Source: Moniliella sp. 'wahieum' (Eukaryota). Taken from it: a stretch of 64,000 nucleotides of DNA. The notes beneath the pieces are model-generated. The model was not told the DNA's origin. It saw nothing but the letters and a program-made list of their open reading frames with translations, and made no database searches. Shown one piece after another: positions 24,801-39,300 of this stretch. The DNA lies in assembly GCA_003971905.1 (NCBI GenBank), contig RSEE01000043.1, positions 1 to 64,000 on the forward strand, in the 5' to 3' direction. Positions within the stretch are counted from its first letter, which is position 1, and every line of letters begins with the position of its first letter. The position numbers and the translations under genes are program-made.

Positions 24801-25535
24801 GCCCTCCCACCGTCCTCGTCCACCCAGCTCAGGCAACCTCCCCCCCTACCCTATGCAAGAAGCGCACGGTTCACAATCGTGCCTCTCCATATTTGTATAG
24901 CTGTTGGCCCGTCGAGATCCCCCTTTCTGACTGTAGAAGTGAGGGCCAGTGAGGTAGCCCTAGTTGTATATATGTAGGGGAGACCACGCCAAAGCAGCAC
25001 TCTCGCCAAACTATATAATAAACGGAGAATGTGGTACGACAGTGACTGGCTTCACCCCGCTCGTGGAGCACTTCCGCTTCAGTATAATGTCAAGAGCACG
25101 ACAAACATGAACTGCTCGTTACCCCCTTCGAGACTCTTATTGCTACAATCCAGGGAGATTATGCAGTTTGCAGATAAATTCGCTCAGCGGCGACGCCACG
25201 TGTCTCCATATCTGTTCCGTTCTGCAAGTAACCGAATAAGGTGAGAAAACCTTCGTCCGTGGTGGACTCGGGCTACTCGTCCCGTCGATTGTAACGCAAC
25301 AGATGCCTTCCGCTTTTTGGCAAACACGGATATTGCTTTCTCTCCGCGTATACTGGCAACCTGGCAACGTTCTCCTTCTAAGTCTGGCTGGACGTTACGA
25401 CTTCGTAACACAAGAGCTGAGCAGCAAGTGGATCAGAATGGGGGGTTCGATCACCATGTTGTACAACAGAAACCAAAGGAGGGACTTTGCCCACGGAAGG
25501 TCGGCGCAAGCAAAGTCCCTTCAGTGAGCATTGAT

Positions 25536-26183
25536 CTAGACCTCTTGCGCCTCCCATGGCTTCAACCGCTTTGGTAGAACAGCAGCCGTCGGTGGTTCTT
25601 CATTGATCTTCCATCGCCAACCCAAGTCAGCAGCTGACGACTCATGCGAGCAGAGCAAGAAGAAGATGGGTAAGAAAGGTACGTACCTTGAGTGGAATGT
25701 CGCGGATCCCCGGGATCTCATCTGCCCTTCCTACTGATCAACTCAACAATCGCATCAAATGAGGGGGGGTACCGTTCGCTTTCTGGCGTGGCATTCTCGC
25801 CTTGTGACTGAACAAGGGGCTCCTGGGGGCCTCAACTGTCGCATCAGGCACGGCGGAACCGTGAGCCGACTTCCAGTTCAGGTAGTCCTCATGCGAAAAG
25901 GGTTGGCCAGCCCTGATGGGCGGCAGGATAAGTCAGTGTCTGGTCCAATATCCAATGCAGATGGGAATACACACTTGCTGGAAAAATAAAAGGCCTTGGC
26001 CCGGTCAATGGTGTCAGCAATGCCCTGCTCGCTTGCGCCCTGATTACGTTGGGCTTCCACAATGCCCGCAATGCCGCCCTGGAATTCGGTATCGGAGGTC
26101 CAATCGTGGGTGTCGAAGCGGGCGAAGATAGCGTCCATGTCGTCGGTGACACCAGGATCAGATCCAGAAGGAGCAGCAGCCAT
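25536..26183 (-). CDS. PEX39: PEX39-family peroxin (DUF5572/KPWE-motif protein); two introns; indels
   Basis: N-terminal FDTHDWTSDTEFQGGI...RAKAFYFSS; central YPPSFDAIVELIS...EIPGIRDIPLK read on the minus strand at about 25790-25690; after a GTACGT intron the C-terminal INEEPPTAAVLPKRLKPWEAQEV*. Confidence 0.85.
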
Positions 26184-26583
26184 GGTATACGCAACCCTGG
26201 AGTTAAAGATCCCAGACCCCAAGAGTTGGCAAGAGGCAGCAACAGCAACAGCACTCCGGCTGAGCCGACGGTGGGGAGATGGGCGGTGCCACTACACGGT
26301 TTGCCCACCCCGGACAAGAGCAGCGAGGCGAAGGGGATGCGACTAATGGGGGTGACGTAATCTATTGTCGCTGTGAACGGTGAACGTTCAATGTAAATTT
26401 GAACGTTCAGCCCAACTGGCGACCACTGCCAGGCCAGCCATCGACACGCTCAACGGCGACGACGACGGCGGCCCAGCCATCGCAGTGGCTCCTCGTCCGG
26501 TCCTGTCCTCGGTCCACGTTCTGCCGCACCGACGCTGCCCCTGCCCCTCTGTCTGTTGGCCGCCTCCCACCCTCCTCCTCAGC

Positions 26584-27865
26584 ATGGCCCACCGCGCGCC
26601 CGCAATGGGCACCGCCACCCACTCGGCTGCCCAGGCGCCGCTATCGGGTGCCCAGGCCGGGGCTGCCGACGCTGGCCACCATCACCGCCCACGTCACCAC
26701 CACTCTGCCACACCCACGCAAGCTGTCGTAGCCGATGCCGGCGCCACGACCCAGGACACGATGAGCGTCCTCCTTGCCACGGCCGGGTACGACCAGTACG
26801 TATTTTTTCCTTGGTTCGCTGGCCCCTGTTGACCATTCTCTTACTACCCCTCCCTTTTCAGCACCATCCGTTTCTGGGAAGCTTGGAGTGGGCTCTGTTC
26901 CCGTACAGGTCGCCTATGGTGACTCGGCAGTCAATACGTTGGCCATCAGCCCAACAAGCACTGGCTTGCTGCTGGTGGGTACAATAAGATCCGCGTCTAT
27001 GATTGCACCACCTCCACTCCGCCTGCTTCGTCGGGGTCGATGGCCAACTCGGGTCGTCCGGCGGGGGATGCACCTGTGCTCGATTTTCCTGCCCACAATG
27101 GGAATGTAACAGCGCTGCTGTGGCAGATGGATGCGCGTTGGCTTGCAAGTGGCTCGGACGATGGTACGGTCAAGATCTGGGACATCCGCATGCCGGCTCA
27201 CAAGCCTACCCGCTCGTACCCGCACCCCCAAGGCGGGGTGAATGATTTGGCGGTCAATCCCAACCAAGGTGAGATCGTGGCCTGCGACCAAGCTGGCTCA
27301 GTCAAGATCTGGGATTTGGCCCAGGATAACTGCACACACGATATCTGGCCCTCTACGACCCCTGTGTTCCCATTCGTTCCGTTTCTGTCGCCCTCGATGG
27401 CACCTATCTCTGTGCCGGCGATGAGAGGGGAAGTGTCTATGTGTGGACTCTGACCCATCGCGACCCCATCTCGCCCGGGGCAGAATCGGAGCTGGACCTG
27501 GGCGAGATGCAAGCCGAGGATGAGTTCCAGTTACAAGCTGCCAGTCAATTCCGTGCCCATTCCCAGACGGAGTTTTTGACAAAGTGTCGGATCAGCCCCG
27601 ATTCCAACTGGTTGGCCACCACCTCGTCGGACAAGACAATCAAACTTTGGAAGCGCGGAAAAACTTTAAGTTCACCATCGACAAAGTCCTGGAGGGACAT
27701 CAACGATGGGTATGGGACGCTGCTTTTAGCGCCGACTCGGCCTACTTGGTAAGCGCTAGTTCGGACAACACGGCCCGGCTCTGGGAATTGGCCTCGGGTA
27801 CTACTGTGCGCCAGTACACTGCCCATCGCGCTCTGGTGGCCGTCAGTCTTAACGACCACCGTTGA
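26584..27865 (+). CDS. LST8: TOR complex subunit Lst8 (WD40); conserved start at 26761, upstream in-frame ATG at 26584; intron near 26796-26861
   Basis: [109 protein letters not shown]. Confidence 0.95.
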
Positions 27866-28562
27866 TCTCGTCGAAGCGGGTGCGTTTTATCAATCTTAAG
27901 TTCGTGCCGAATCCTTGTATGCTTTTCTTTAAGGCCTAGGAAAGTCATCATCGCATCATCTCCATGGACCTTGCGGTGAAGATATGGGTCGAGGGTTGGC
28001 ATAGATGCTGCAGGCGCCACAGGCTCGATGGTGTTGGATTATAAGTGAGGTGGTAAAATGTGTATCCATGTGGCAAAAGGGTCCTTTAAATGAGCCCTGC
28101 AGAGAGAGGCTGCGCTGGATGCCCCTGGGAACAGAACCGGCCAAGTGTAACTAGATATAGAGTTTGAATATGCCATCTCTTTCGTCCCCCTCCCGGCCAT
28201 AGCAAACGATATAAAGGCGAAGAAGGTGCTCTGCTTTTTCTGGCTGGCTCCGAGTCATGAAAAGGGAGGCAACTGTGATGGACGCCTCCCTCCTTCGCTT
28301 CAGGTTTGGGGTCAACCAAAAAAACTGTGGAGAAAAGGGGCCGGGACAAGGATGGAGTCACGGGCACTGATCCCACGTGCCAGTGTGCTTGGCTCCATCG
28401 CCCCCCCCCCACAACGGTGAAGGCCAACAAAGGGCGCGTCGCGATTGGTTAAGTGAGAACTATAGGGCTTTGGTTTTGCAGTGGAGATTTTTATGGCTGG
28501 TGGGAGCGGGGAGTACTTTCTGGGTTGAGGCCAAAATGATGGTTTGAAGGTATAATAGTTGT

Positions 28563-28635
28563 GGTGTAATCATGCCGCCGCGTTCAGCGTTTAGAGGTAA
28601 AGTGGGTGTAATCATGTCGCCGCGTTCAGCGTTTA
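28563..28635. repeat. 31-bp direct repeat, two copies, 42-bp period, one mismatch
   Basis: GGTGTAATCATG(C/T)CGCCGCGTTCAGCGTTTA at 28563 and 28605. Confidence 0.85.
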
Positions 28636-29079
28636 TACAGGCTGGACTCACGAGTTTGTTCCATGTTGGCTCGGATGACCGAGACATGTATTGCATGCAG
28701 AGCTCATCCACAGACAGCAATGACACTCGCCACAACAGTGTTCATCTAACCGCGTAGGTGTATATCTACGAAAGGTACAATATCCCGTGTGTGGGTGGAG
28801 AAGGCATGAAGTTACTCATCAGCTTGGTTGAAAAGCGTACAAATACAGGTGAATGCGACGGATATATGTGGCACCGAGAGGTGGGGGAGAGGGAGCTAGC
28901 AGATGACCATGGCACAGTGAACTGAATACGCATGGGTGCGCTTGTGCAGACAGGGGGCAGGCCCAGTGTTGAAAGAGCGGGGTGTCCAGTGTTGAAAGGA
29001 CAGACGGCGAACACAACTAGGGAGCATGAGCTAGGTCTTCGGATCATAAGAGGTCCTCAAACCCAAGTCCAGCGGTCGC

Positions 29080-30652
<1,573 letters not shown>

Positions 30653-31156
30653 TCAGCGCATGGGCGCCCCAGCGCATTACCTAATTGGGCAACACGGTGC
30701 TATGTTATCTATGTTTCAAATTGCATCCCAGGTCTCCACCGGCGGCGGGGTTATTTTTGGGTGCTCGCACGGCCAGCGGCACCACCTATTAATACTCACA
30801 CACCCTACCGTGCCCGACCCAACACCACCCATCGTCCCATGGCTTGCTTCGACACTGGCCTCGACGCCTGGCTGCGCGCTCGCCACTGTCCAGCAGTTTG
30901 ACTGTGTACTGGTGGCAGCCCGCCATGTAGTCTTGGATGGAAGCGGGGCAACCCCACCTTCCCCGCGACACTGACGTCGTTCTCTTCCACCAGAAACCTT
31001 ACTAACCTATCGCTTCACTTTGACCAAGGCAATGAACAGAAGAAACGTAATGTCATTGTGACAACACAAAAACTGTGTATGTGGCCCTCTGCCTTTTCAG
31101 CCCAATACGCGTACAGAGGATGGGTGCACAAGACGATTGAGTCTTGGCCATAACAC

Positions 31157-33326
31157 CTACTGGCCCGCGGGCCGGTCTTTGTTCCTCCATCCCTTGAGAG
31201 GCGACGACAGATCTTGATCTTGGCTGGCGAGAGTGTGGCCCATGCTCAAGCTGCCTACGCCGCCAACATTACCAAGGGGTCCAAAATTCGCAAGCGGGCG
31301 CAATGCGCGCTCATTCCCACCCTTCTCAGTACTGTGAGATCCGTTCGAGCTGCCACTGCCGAAAGGAAAGGATTGGCTCCAAGTTTGGACCCAAAGACAG
31401 TATCGTCCTTGAGTGCCTGCACGGCCAATTGGTTGGATGACCCGGCGGAGCAGGAGGAGAGGGCACTTACACTTCCGGGGGTAGGATTTGCCCGCCCTTG
31501 TGTGGAAGCGCCAGGTCCCATGCGGACTGGTGGTTCAGGGCGAACCGAACCATAACCACCGTCCGACTCTTCTGATTCGTCGCTATCTTCGTCTGAATCC
31601 GAATCCGAGTCCTCTGTCGGCTGTGAAGGAGCAGGGAGAGCAAGCGTCAATGCTGCGAAACGTGAGAGTGGTCCGGCGGCGGTGGCGGACGCGGCGGGTG
31701 CTGTAAGGCCTAGGTCCTCTCCCCGATCCAACAGACGACGCGAGCTGAGTGGCTGCTTGTCCAATCCGCCTGCTATAGAGATCATCTCGTCTTGAATAGG
31801 TATCTGGTGACCATGACTTGATGAAAGCAACGCGGTACGAGCTGGAACAGATGGGTATGCCGTAACTGTGGGGGGTGTAGGCAAATCGCTGCCATGAGAG
31901 TGTTCCCGTCGTGTAGGAATACTTGTGTCATCGGGCATTTCTGATGGAGGTCCTGATGTATCCCTTATCTTATCCACATAACCCTCTTGAGCCCGACTGC
32001 GTGACTGGCTTGGGGGGGTTTCCTTGGCCAAGACATACTCGGCGTGGCGGCGAGCGATAAGTTCATCGGCTGAAGGGCCGCCCCGCTCGACCGAGCGCAA
32101 TAGATCGTCAACCACTAGCCTCGCGGCTTCCTTGGCAGGCGTCTTGAGCCACTTAGACCGAGGAAGAGAATTGCATCATGACTGGCGGCGAGGTTGACTT
32201 GCGCTCCACTCGGACAGGGGAGAAACCGGCATTGCCAGTATTGCGAGCAGGAGTGATGCGCAGATCCGCAATGCCATTCCGCAGACCATCCGCCTCATTG
32301 AACGGAGCAGGGGCAGAGGGGTGTTCTCTTTGCGTTGCATGCGCCTTATTGGGGAACCTGCGACATCGGTAAAGGGGGTGATGGTTTGTCTTGCCTCCCC
32401 CTCCCCAGCCATAGGTGTAGCGACAACCTTAGCACCAAATCGGTTACGCGTCATGTGGGCTGCCGCAGCTGCGGCAAGAGATGCACGGCGCTTGTTCATT
32501 GCACTTGGATCGAGTGACTCTCGAGTGACTTGAGGAGGAGTCGCCATATCCTGAAGGACTTTACCCGCACCAATGCTACAATGGGGAACGACTCGAGGCA
32601 TTGAGAAACTAGAGTCAATAATCGGGCCAGGGATGCTCGACTCTGTATCAAGAGGAGAAAGAACCTCCTTCCTGCTCTCCCATGCGGCAAGGTGCTTTTC
32701 CAGACCCCGCTTCGCCTTGGCGAATGGCGACCCAGAGGTGGAGACGGAGACTGAACCATCCTGTGGCTGGACATCTGCCAGTAAATCTTCCTTGCTCTGG
32801 TCTGCCTTGCGAGTCGGTCTAGTAGGAGTAATGCGAGGTCCAGGGACTTCATCCTTCAATGCCCCGAGAGATGGACGTGGAGGGGAGCGATGCAGCTCAG
32901 GGGTGATGAAGCCAGGTGGGATTCATCCAACTGGCCGCTGCGCTGTGGTTGATCTAGGTCACGAAGAAGGTCTCGTGGTTCTGCGATATTCGAAAGATCA
33001 CCCTGAGGATCGAAAGATACACTACAGAGCCGCTCGGTGGCAGCACTGCCTGACGCATCCACCTGGGAATTCGCTTCATCGTCAGGTTGAGTGAGATGAA
33101 CCTGAGCGGCAGTTTCAAAGAACATGCGCCAAAACTTGGATGCCTCGCTAATCTTAAGACTCTGTTCGCCATACCGCCTGATCTTGGGCAGAATGCTACC
33201 TTGAATCGTCTCGTGGGCATGGGCAAAGTGGGCGTCAATGCGTTGAAGAGTGAGGGTGATTTGCTGGTCGACTTGAAGGATCGCCTCGTTAATGGGGATG
33301 TCAGGGGTCGGGCGTGGGTGTGACAT
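31157..33326 (-). CDS. ASK1: DASH/Dam1 kinetochore complex subunit Ask1 with long disordered C-terminus; indels
   Basis: N-terminal IPINEAILQVDQQITLTLQRIDAHFAHAHETIQGSILPKIRRYGEQSLKISEASKFWRMFFETAAQV matches the Ask1 domain; 3' end approximate. Confidence 0.88.
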
Positions 33327-34684
33327 AATGAGGACAAATGGAGATGGTGGTGCGGTGTCAGAGATAATAGCTGGTGTGACAATGTGCCGCTCGGCAGGCT
33401 GTCAACAATACAGCCGACAAGATGACGGTGTGGAGCAGCGCGTGGATCTACACATCGCGTATTCAATGCCAACACAACACATTCAACATTTTAATTGAAT
33501 CGCCTCCCAGTAGGTCTTCCGCTTCTGTTCCGCCCTATGAGGATAGCTTGGGGGTAGCTTTGAAGGGGACAATGTGAAATGGGCTATACTTCTGCCGCCT
33601 ATTTTTTTGTCCTTGACAGATACGCCAGCTGCCTCTTGAAATGCCATCGGCTCTGTGCAATTCAACGTTGAGTGGCGTCACACGCGTCACACGCTCTGCT
33701 ACTGAGACCAACCGTGAGTCGCTGTGGGTAGAGCTCCAGTGCCCAGTGCGTGCCTGTACGTGCTCATGGCAGTGCTCGGTGGCTCAGTGGCTCGGTGGCT
33801 CAGTACCTCAGTACTCTTCATGTACTCATTCAGCATTGAGAAGATGGAGAGTAATAGGCACGTGTCCGCATGCATCTGCCCCCTAACAAGAACAAATCGG
33901 ACGAAGTGTTCCTGTGTACTAAAACCTCTCACCCGCTCCATCCTCTATGTTCACTTGCAACCCAGAGTGGAGACGCAGGGCGGCGCTGTAATAGTTGGAA
34001 GAGGGTGTTCCGACCATCCTGAGACTGAGATCTGTGAGAGGTGGGCTTGAAACTCTTGAGACTCGATGCTTGCTTCGACCCACGGGCGCGCGCGGCTCTC
34101 ACACGCACCTCCGGCAACGGGCACTCTGAGATCTGAGGCTCAGGCCTGAGGGGCAGCTGTGGCTCTATGGCCCTGTGGCCCTGTGAGACAGTGAGGCCAG
34201 AGGGGCCGCCTGGACCTGACCCGCTCCAGTCTGAACAACAAACTCTCGCGCTTTCATCGACATCAATCATCGATCATCGAGCATCTCCTGCAGGGGATCT
34301 CAGATCGACTCAGACCTCAGACGAGGGTCCGGCTATAGGACGAAACCGGGACCATGGGAAGAAGATGGAGTAGGTGAAACGGAGGCGTGTCCCTCTCCAC
34401 CGAGTATTTCAGGGCCAGGAACCAACATCGTGAACCGCGTGAACTGTTTGTGTGGGCGCCATGTATCCTGCGCCATCGACCATCACTGCCTCAGACCTGA
34501 GCAGCAGCCGGAAGGGGGGGAGGCCGGGGAGGGTACTCAGGGACTGACCTCAAGTGTTGCGACCTGCTGGGTGGGGGGGCAGGGACGAGGACGGCTGGGG
34601 ACGCCGTGGATCGCGCAGGAGGGTTGGAGCTTGGAGTAGCAAAATGTAAAAATCCGAGTCACAGGGCGTGCCCTGTGCCATGAG

Positions 34685-35210
34685 ACGCGTGACGCGTGAC
34701 GCGTGACGCGCAAAGATACCGACGGTGATACAATGCGATGCATGTGAAGATGGCGTGCCGATGGTGTGGGGGCAGTGCTAGTACAGCTAGTACTATTGCA
34801 AGACTCATGCATAATGCATGGTGCACTCCCTAGCACGTGAAGAGTGACACGTGGCATCATGCATCATGCATCATGTAACACGCAACGCCGGTTACTGGCC
34901 GGTTGCCGGTTACCGGTGACCGGTGGCGCGTTCCGCGTTTCCGCGTTACGCGTTACGCGTTACGGGCCCATCTCGTGCTGACGAACGCAGAACGCAGTAC
35001 GCCTCCGTACTCAGTTGAGTCCGTTTGAACGCGTTGAACGTTGAGTACATTGAGTTTAGTAGTACTCGAGTACTCCCTAGTCCGCACTTGAAAATGTCGA
35101 ATTACTAGTTACTGGCTACTAGTTACTAGTTACTGAAGTACTGAGTTACTAGTTACTAGTTAGTGAAGCTTGAAGGTACTGAGTGTACTGAGTTACTCGA
35201 GTACTCTACT
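34685..35210. repeat. Mosaic of 7-bp-period palindromic tandem arrays (ACGCGT, ATGCAT, ACCGGT, AACGTT, AGTACT, ACTAGT, AAGCTT plus one spacer base)
   Basis: acgcgtgacgcgtgacgcgtgacgcg (34685), atgcatcatgcatcatg (34859), accggtgaccggt (about 34912), acgcgttacgcgttacg (about 34948), actagttactagttact (35118, 35148). Confidence 0.85.
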
Positions 35211-36024
35211 GGTTCTGAAGTCCCTAAAACATCACCAGCGTTGTCACGTGTCACAATCACGAGGGCCCAGGAGTCACGCTGTGTGTTAGTGCTAGGGAGC
35301 GTTGTGATGCATATCCGAGGCTGAGGCTGAGCCTGCCGGTGTTAGGAGCGCGAGGGCTGAACGCTGTGCCCAGGCTCGGGGCTCAGGCGCTCAGGCTCAG
35401 CGCAGTGCGAGTGGCAGAACGAGGTGCGTGAGTGAACCTTACGCGTTAACTAACACCCTGTAGCGGTCGATCGCCGTAGCCGGCGGAGCAGTGGCGGAGC
35501 CCGCCCACTAGCACTGCCCCTCCTCACGTAGTTGGACGGGCCATCATGCATCAGTGAGGGTGAGGATCATCGATCATCGACCGTTCATCGGCAGGACATG
35601 GCGTGGATGGACACGATCGTGGATGGATCGATGGCATATGGACCCCGTTCCACCCCGATCCATCTGCGCAGGGCGAGCGGCTGAGCGCAAGGCGGAACAA
35701 TGAATGATGCTATCCATGATCGTCGGTGGTGCATAGCGATGCTGAAGCTGGACGAGTGAAATTCAATGTGGGCACATGGAAGATTGACACGTAGGCGGCT
35801 GGGCAAGGGTGGTGTGGGCTGGGATGGCGACTGCTCGGAAGTGAGTTCGCAACAACAAAGGGCTTCGTCTTCCCTCAGGCCTCAGGGCATCAGCCATGAA
35901 ATAGTAGCCATCGCTGAGGCTCATCGGCTCAGCGCTCCGCTCATCCGAAGCAGCGTCTAGTGACTGTCACTAGTGACCAATCCTAACCAAAAAAAGCCGC
36001 CGCCACAGAGCTCCAGAACCCGTG

Positions 36025-36120
36025 CCCATCCCATCCCATCTCCCCTCCCCATCTCCACTCCCATCCCCATCCCATCCCCATCCCATCCATCCCCATCCCC
36101 ATCCCCTCCCCATCCCCATC
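36025..36120. repeat. (CCCAT/CCCCAT)n pyrimidine-rich microsatellite upstream of the large gene
   Basis: cccatcccatcccatctcccctccccatctccactcccatccccatcccatcccc... Confidence 0.8.
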
Positions 36121-36391
36121 TCACGCCCCGTCGCGTCTCCCGCGTCGGCCTTGCTTGGCTCTGCGCTGCCCCCACACCAGCAGCATTGATTGCTCGCCCT
36201 CTCCCCCTCCCCCCACTGGCGCCTGTGCCACCCCCTGCCCTGCCAGCAAGCAGACATGCTGTGCGTCCCCCCTGCTCTCCCACGCCCTGCCCTGCTGACC
36301 CCCCCTCTCCTCTCCCTCGCAGCAGCGACGCATCCTCGTCTGTTGCCACCACCACCACCACCCTCCCTCCCCCTTCTCGTCCCTCGCCGAA

Positions 36392-39300
36392 ATGCCTCCC
36401 GCGACGCTGACGAAGAGGAGCCCACCGCCACCACCAGCTTCGACTCCCACCCACCCCTTCCCGCTAAGCCCAGCACCCCTGCTTCTGCGCCCCCCTCCCC
36501 CGTTCCCCTCTCTGCCCCTGCCGCCGCCCCTCCCCCTGCCCCCCTGCTCCCCTGCTGCGCCTGCTGCCCATGCTGATGGCCTGCCAACTCCTCCACGCTA
36601 CCCCACCAGTCCTTTTTCCGCTCGGCCTTCGGCTGCCAGCTCCCGCCACTTTCTCACTGTGTTGCCCCCCGCGTACGTTTCTGTCCTCTGCGTGCCGCCT
36701 GGCGTCTGTGCAGGCTCCTCTTCCGGACTAACCTCCTGTTCCGCACCCCGCAGCCTCACTTCCGATCCGCTCCATCCTCGCGCTGCCACCGCTGGTACGG
36801 CGGCCAACCTGAGCCGCGGGTGCCTCCTGCCGCTCTACCCCACCCTAGGCGGACAGCTCTATGCTATTTCACGCGAGTATGGCCTGCCATCGATTGGCGG
36901 CCTCAGCGTATATCTGGTCGATGATGGCTTTGGCTCACTCGGGCCCTGTATCGGCGACAGTGCTTGGCGATCCATCTGGGCGCCTTACTTTGCTGATGAG
37001 CCTCTTGCTGCTTACTCGGGCCAAAGCGGCTCTTACTATTCTGCTTCCTTCCCTACTCGGTCTCGTCCACCCACCGCCCTGGGCCTCGACTCTGATGCAA
37101 GCCTCATCATGGCCACTCCCCGTTTGCCTATTGTTGGCCGCATCGAATGGGCAGTGGAGCCAATGCGCGCTCCCTGGTGGTCAGACTGGGTTGCCGAAGC
37201 CCGCGCAGCTGCCGGCCTTGAACCTACGCAACCCCTGACCTCTAATCCCTCTGCACCCTACACTCCGCGCACTGCTCTCGCCCCTCTGATCGTCCCGCCG
37301 GCTGGCTCGGCCCCAAACCCCTGACACTGAGCACGCCTGACTATGCCCAGTCGGCCTCCTCATCCACCCCCGGATACTCTCGAACGAGTTTGGCGGGCAA
37401 AGGCCGAAGCGAAAGAGGACTTTCCTCGATCGACCGAACACCACATCGCTCGCGGTACGGCAGATAGCTCGGTCGCGAGCAGCACGTCTGCGCTCCTTAC
37501 CGCAGATGCAGTTACAGGCCTTGTCCCAAAGTTCCTCGCCGGGCCGAATTCCCCTCTACTCTCCCGACAGGCAAGGATCGTGTCTACCCCTCCTTCACAT
37601 CGCGCCCCCTTGGCCCCTGGCTCCGTCCCTCTTCCGCCTCGCTCTCTTCCCGAGGCCGAATCGTTCCCAGCCTCCCCTCATCCACCTCCATCGACCTCTC
37701 CCATGTCCATTGCCGAGCGGCGCGGGTCTCCCCAACGCCTAAGCTTGCTTCGAAATCCTTTGCCTCAAATCGTTCGCCACGAAAGCCGATCCCTACCACT
37801 GCGTTGGGGGATCAACTCTGGCCCAACAGCCGGAGTTGACGCCCCCTACGCCCGTCTTCGCCTCCGGGTTGAGTGAGGCATCCGTTCCCGCCATGGAAGA
37901 ACAGGCCCTCTCCACCGCCTCCCCTAACCGATCTTCTGAAGTGTCCTGGCCGACACCTGACCCATCACCGGTCGTGGGAGTCGAGGCAGATGTCGAGAAC
38001 CAAGTCCCTGGCCCCATGGGCACCGAGCTTGCACTGGCGTCCCACTCAACAAAGGATCAGGTACCGTCCCCTCTTGTTCCCAGACAAGGACGTCTTGGCC
38101 CATCGCCAAGGCAAATGATCTTGTTGGGGTTGACGTCGGGGCACCTTTGACTGGCCAAAATGAGTTGTCTTCCAGCCGCAACTCAGCGAAGGGGTTGATG
38201 AGTCCGCGTCGTCGAACCTCATCCCTCCTCGCGCGGGTTCAAGCGAGGGATTCTCCCAGTGGAGAGGCCAGCTTGTCTGGGAAGATGAGCGCACTGCGAC
38301 GAGGGATTCGGGTGACTCATCCTCGCTTTCAGCCAGCAGGAAGTCTCCGAACCCGGTTCGAGCGAACACCTTACGCTCGTCGCGACAATTCGGGGAAGGG
38401 GAGCCTGCAGCGATTCTGTATCGTCCCCAGTGCTCCGAAGCTCCACCTGTGAACTGGAAAAACCAGCTACGGAGCCCCGCCAGTCAACGCTGAGGCATGG
38501 AATGCCTTTGGCTGGACGAGGATGAGTGGGCGGAAATGGCAGTCGTCCAGCCTATTTCAATGGGCCAGGATGCTGACTTGGACAGATCCGCAACCGAAAG
38601 CCGAAAGGAAGAGCCCAGCGTTTCTGTCGCTCACTGAGTCAGGACCGTCCCTTGTCCGGCTTTAGCCCACCTCATTCGGATTTGGCATGGATGCCGATCC
38701 TTCCAAGGCGTGGAACCGGTGGGAACAGCACGTCAGCTGGAGCCGCCTCCAACAGATCAGGAAGGGGAGGTTCCGGTCGCAGATGGTGTGGCTCATGCAC
38801 CGACGCTCTCAGCTGATCCCTCCTGGATAAGAGTAAGTCCCTCCTTCTTTCTCCGCTCAACCTGGACGCGCCCCAGTTCCAGACGACCACGTCTCCAGAT
38901 CTTTCGGGGCAGAGTAGCCCCGCCACTCAGCTTGTTGGGGCGGAGGGGAGAGTGATCAGGCCAACACATTGTCCGAGTCCCACTCCAACCACACCATCGT
39001 ACCCCTCAGCCCGCACTCTACTGCATCCGGGCATGGAGAGGCAGCGGAGCAGCGGGGCAGCGGGGACGAAGCAGCCCTCCGAGCTACTTCCAGATGTGGG
39101 GTCTGGGGTTCCCCTCCGACGGCTTTGGAGTCTGCTCCCGTTCCAATCATGGCACGGAGCCCAGCCCAGCCGAGAACGATGAGCAACCGGCGACAATGCC
39201 TTCGTCGTGGAGCGAATGGAGTTTGCAATCGTCCCAGTCTTTGACTGAGGCGGACCGAGCGGCTATGAAGAGATCATGGGCGACCCAGTCGTGCTCGACC

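Noticed and set aside
23600..25500. Transposon remnant
   Set aside because: No transposase, reverse transcriptase or integrase motifs, terminal repeats or target-site duplication found by eye.
28563..28635. CRISPR-like repeat
   Set aside because: Only two copies with an 11-bp spacer, eukaryotic context, no cas genes.
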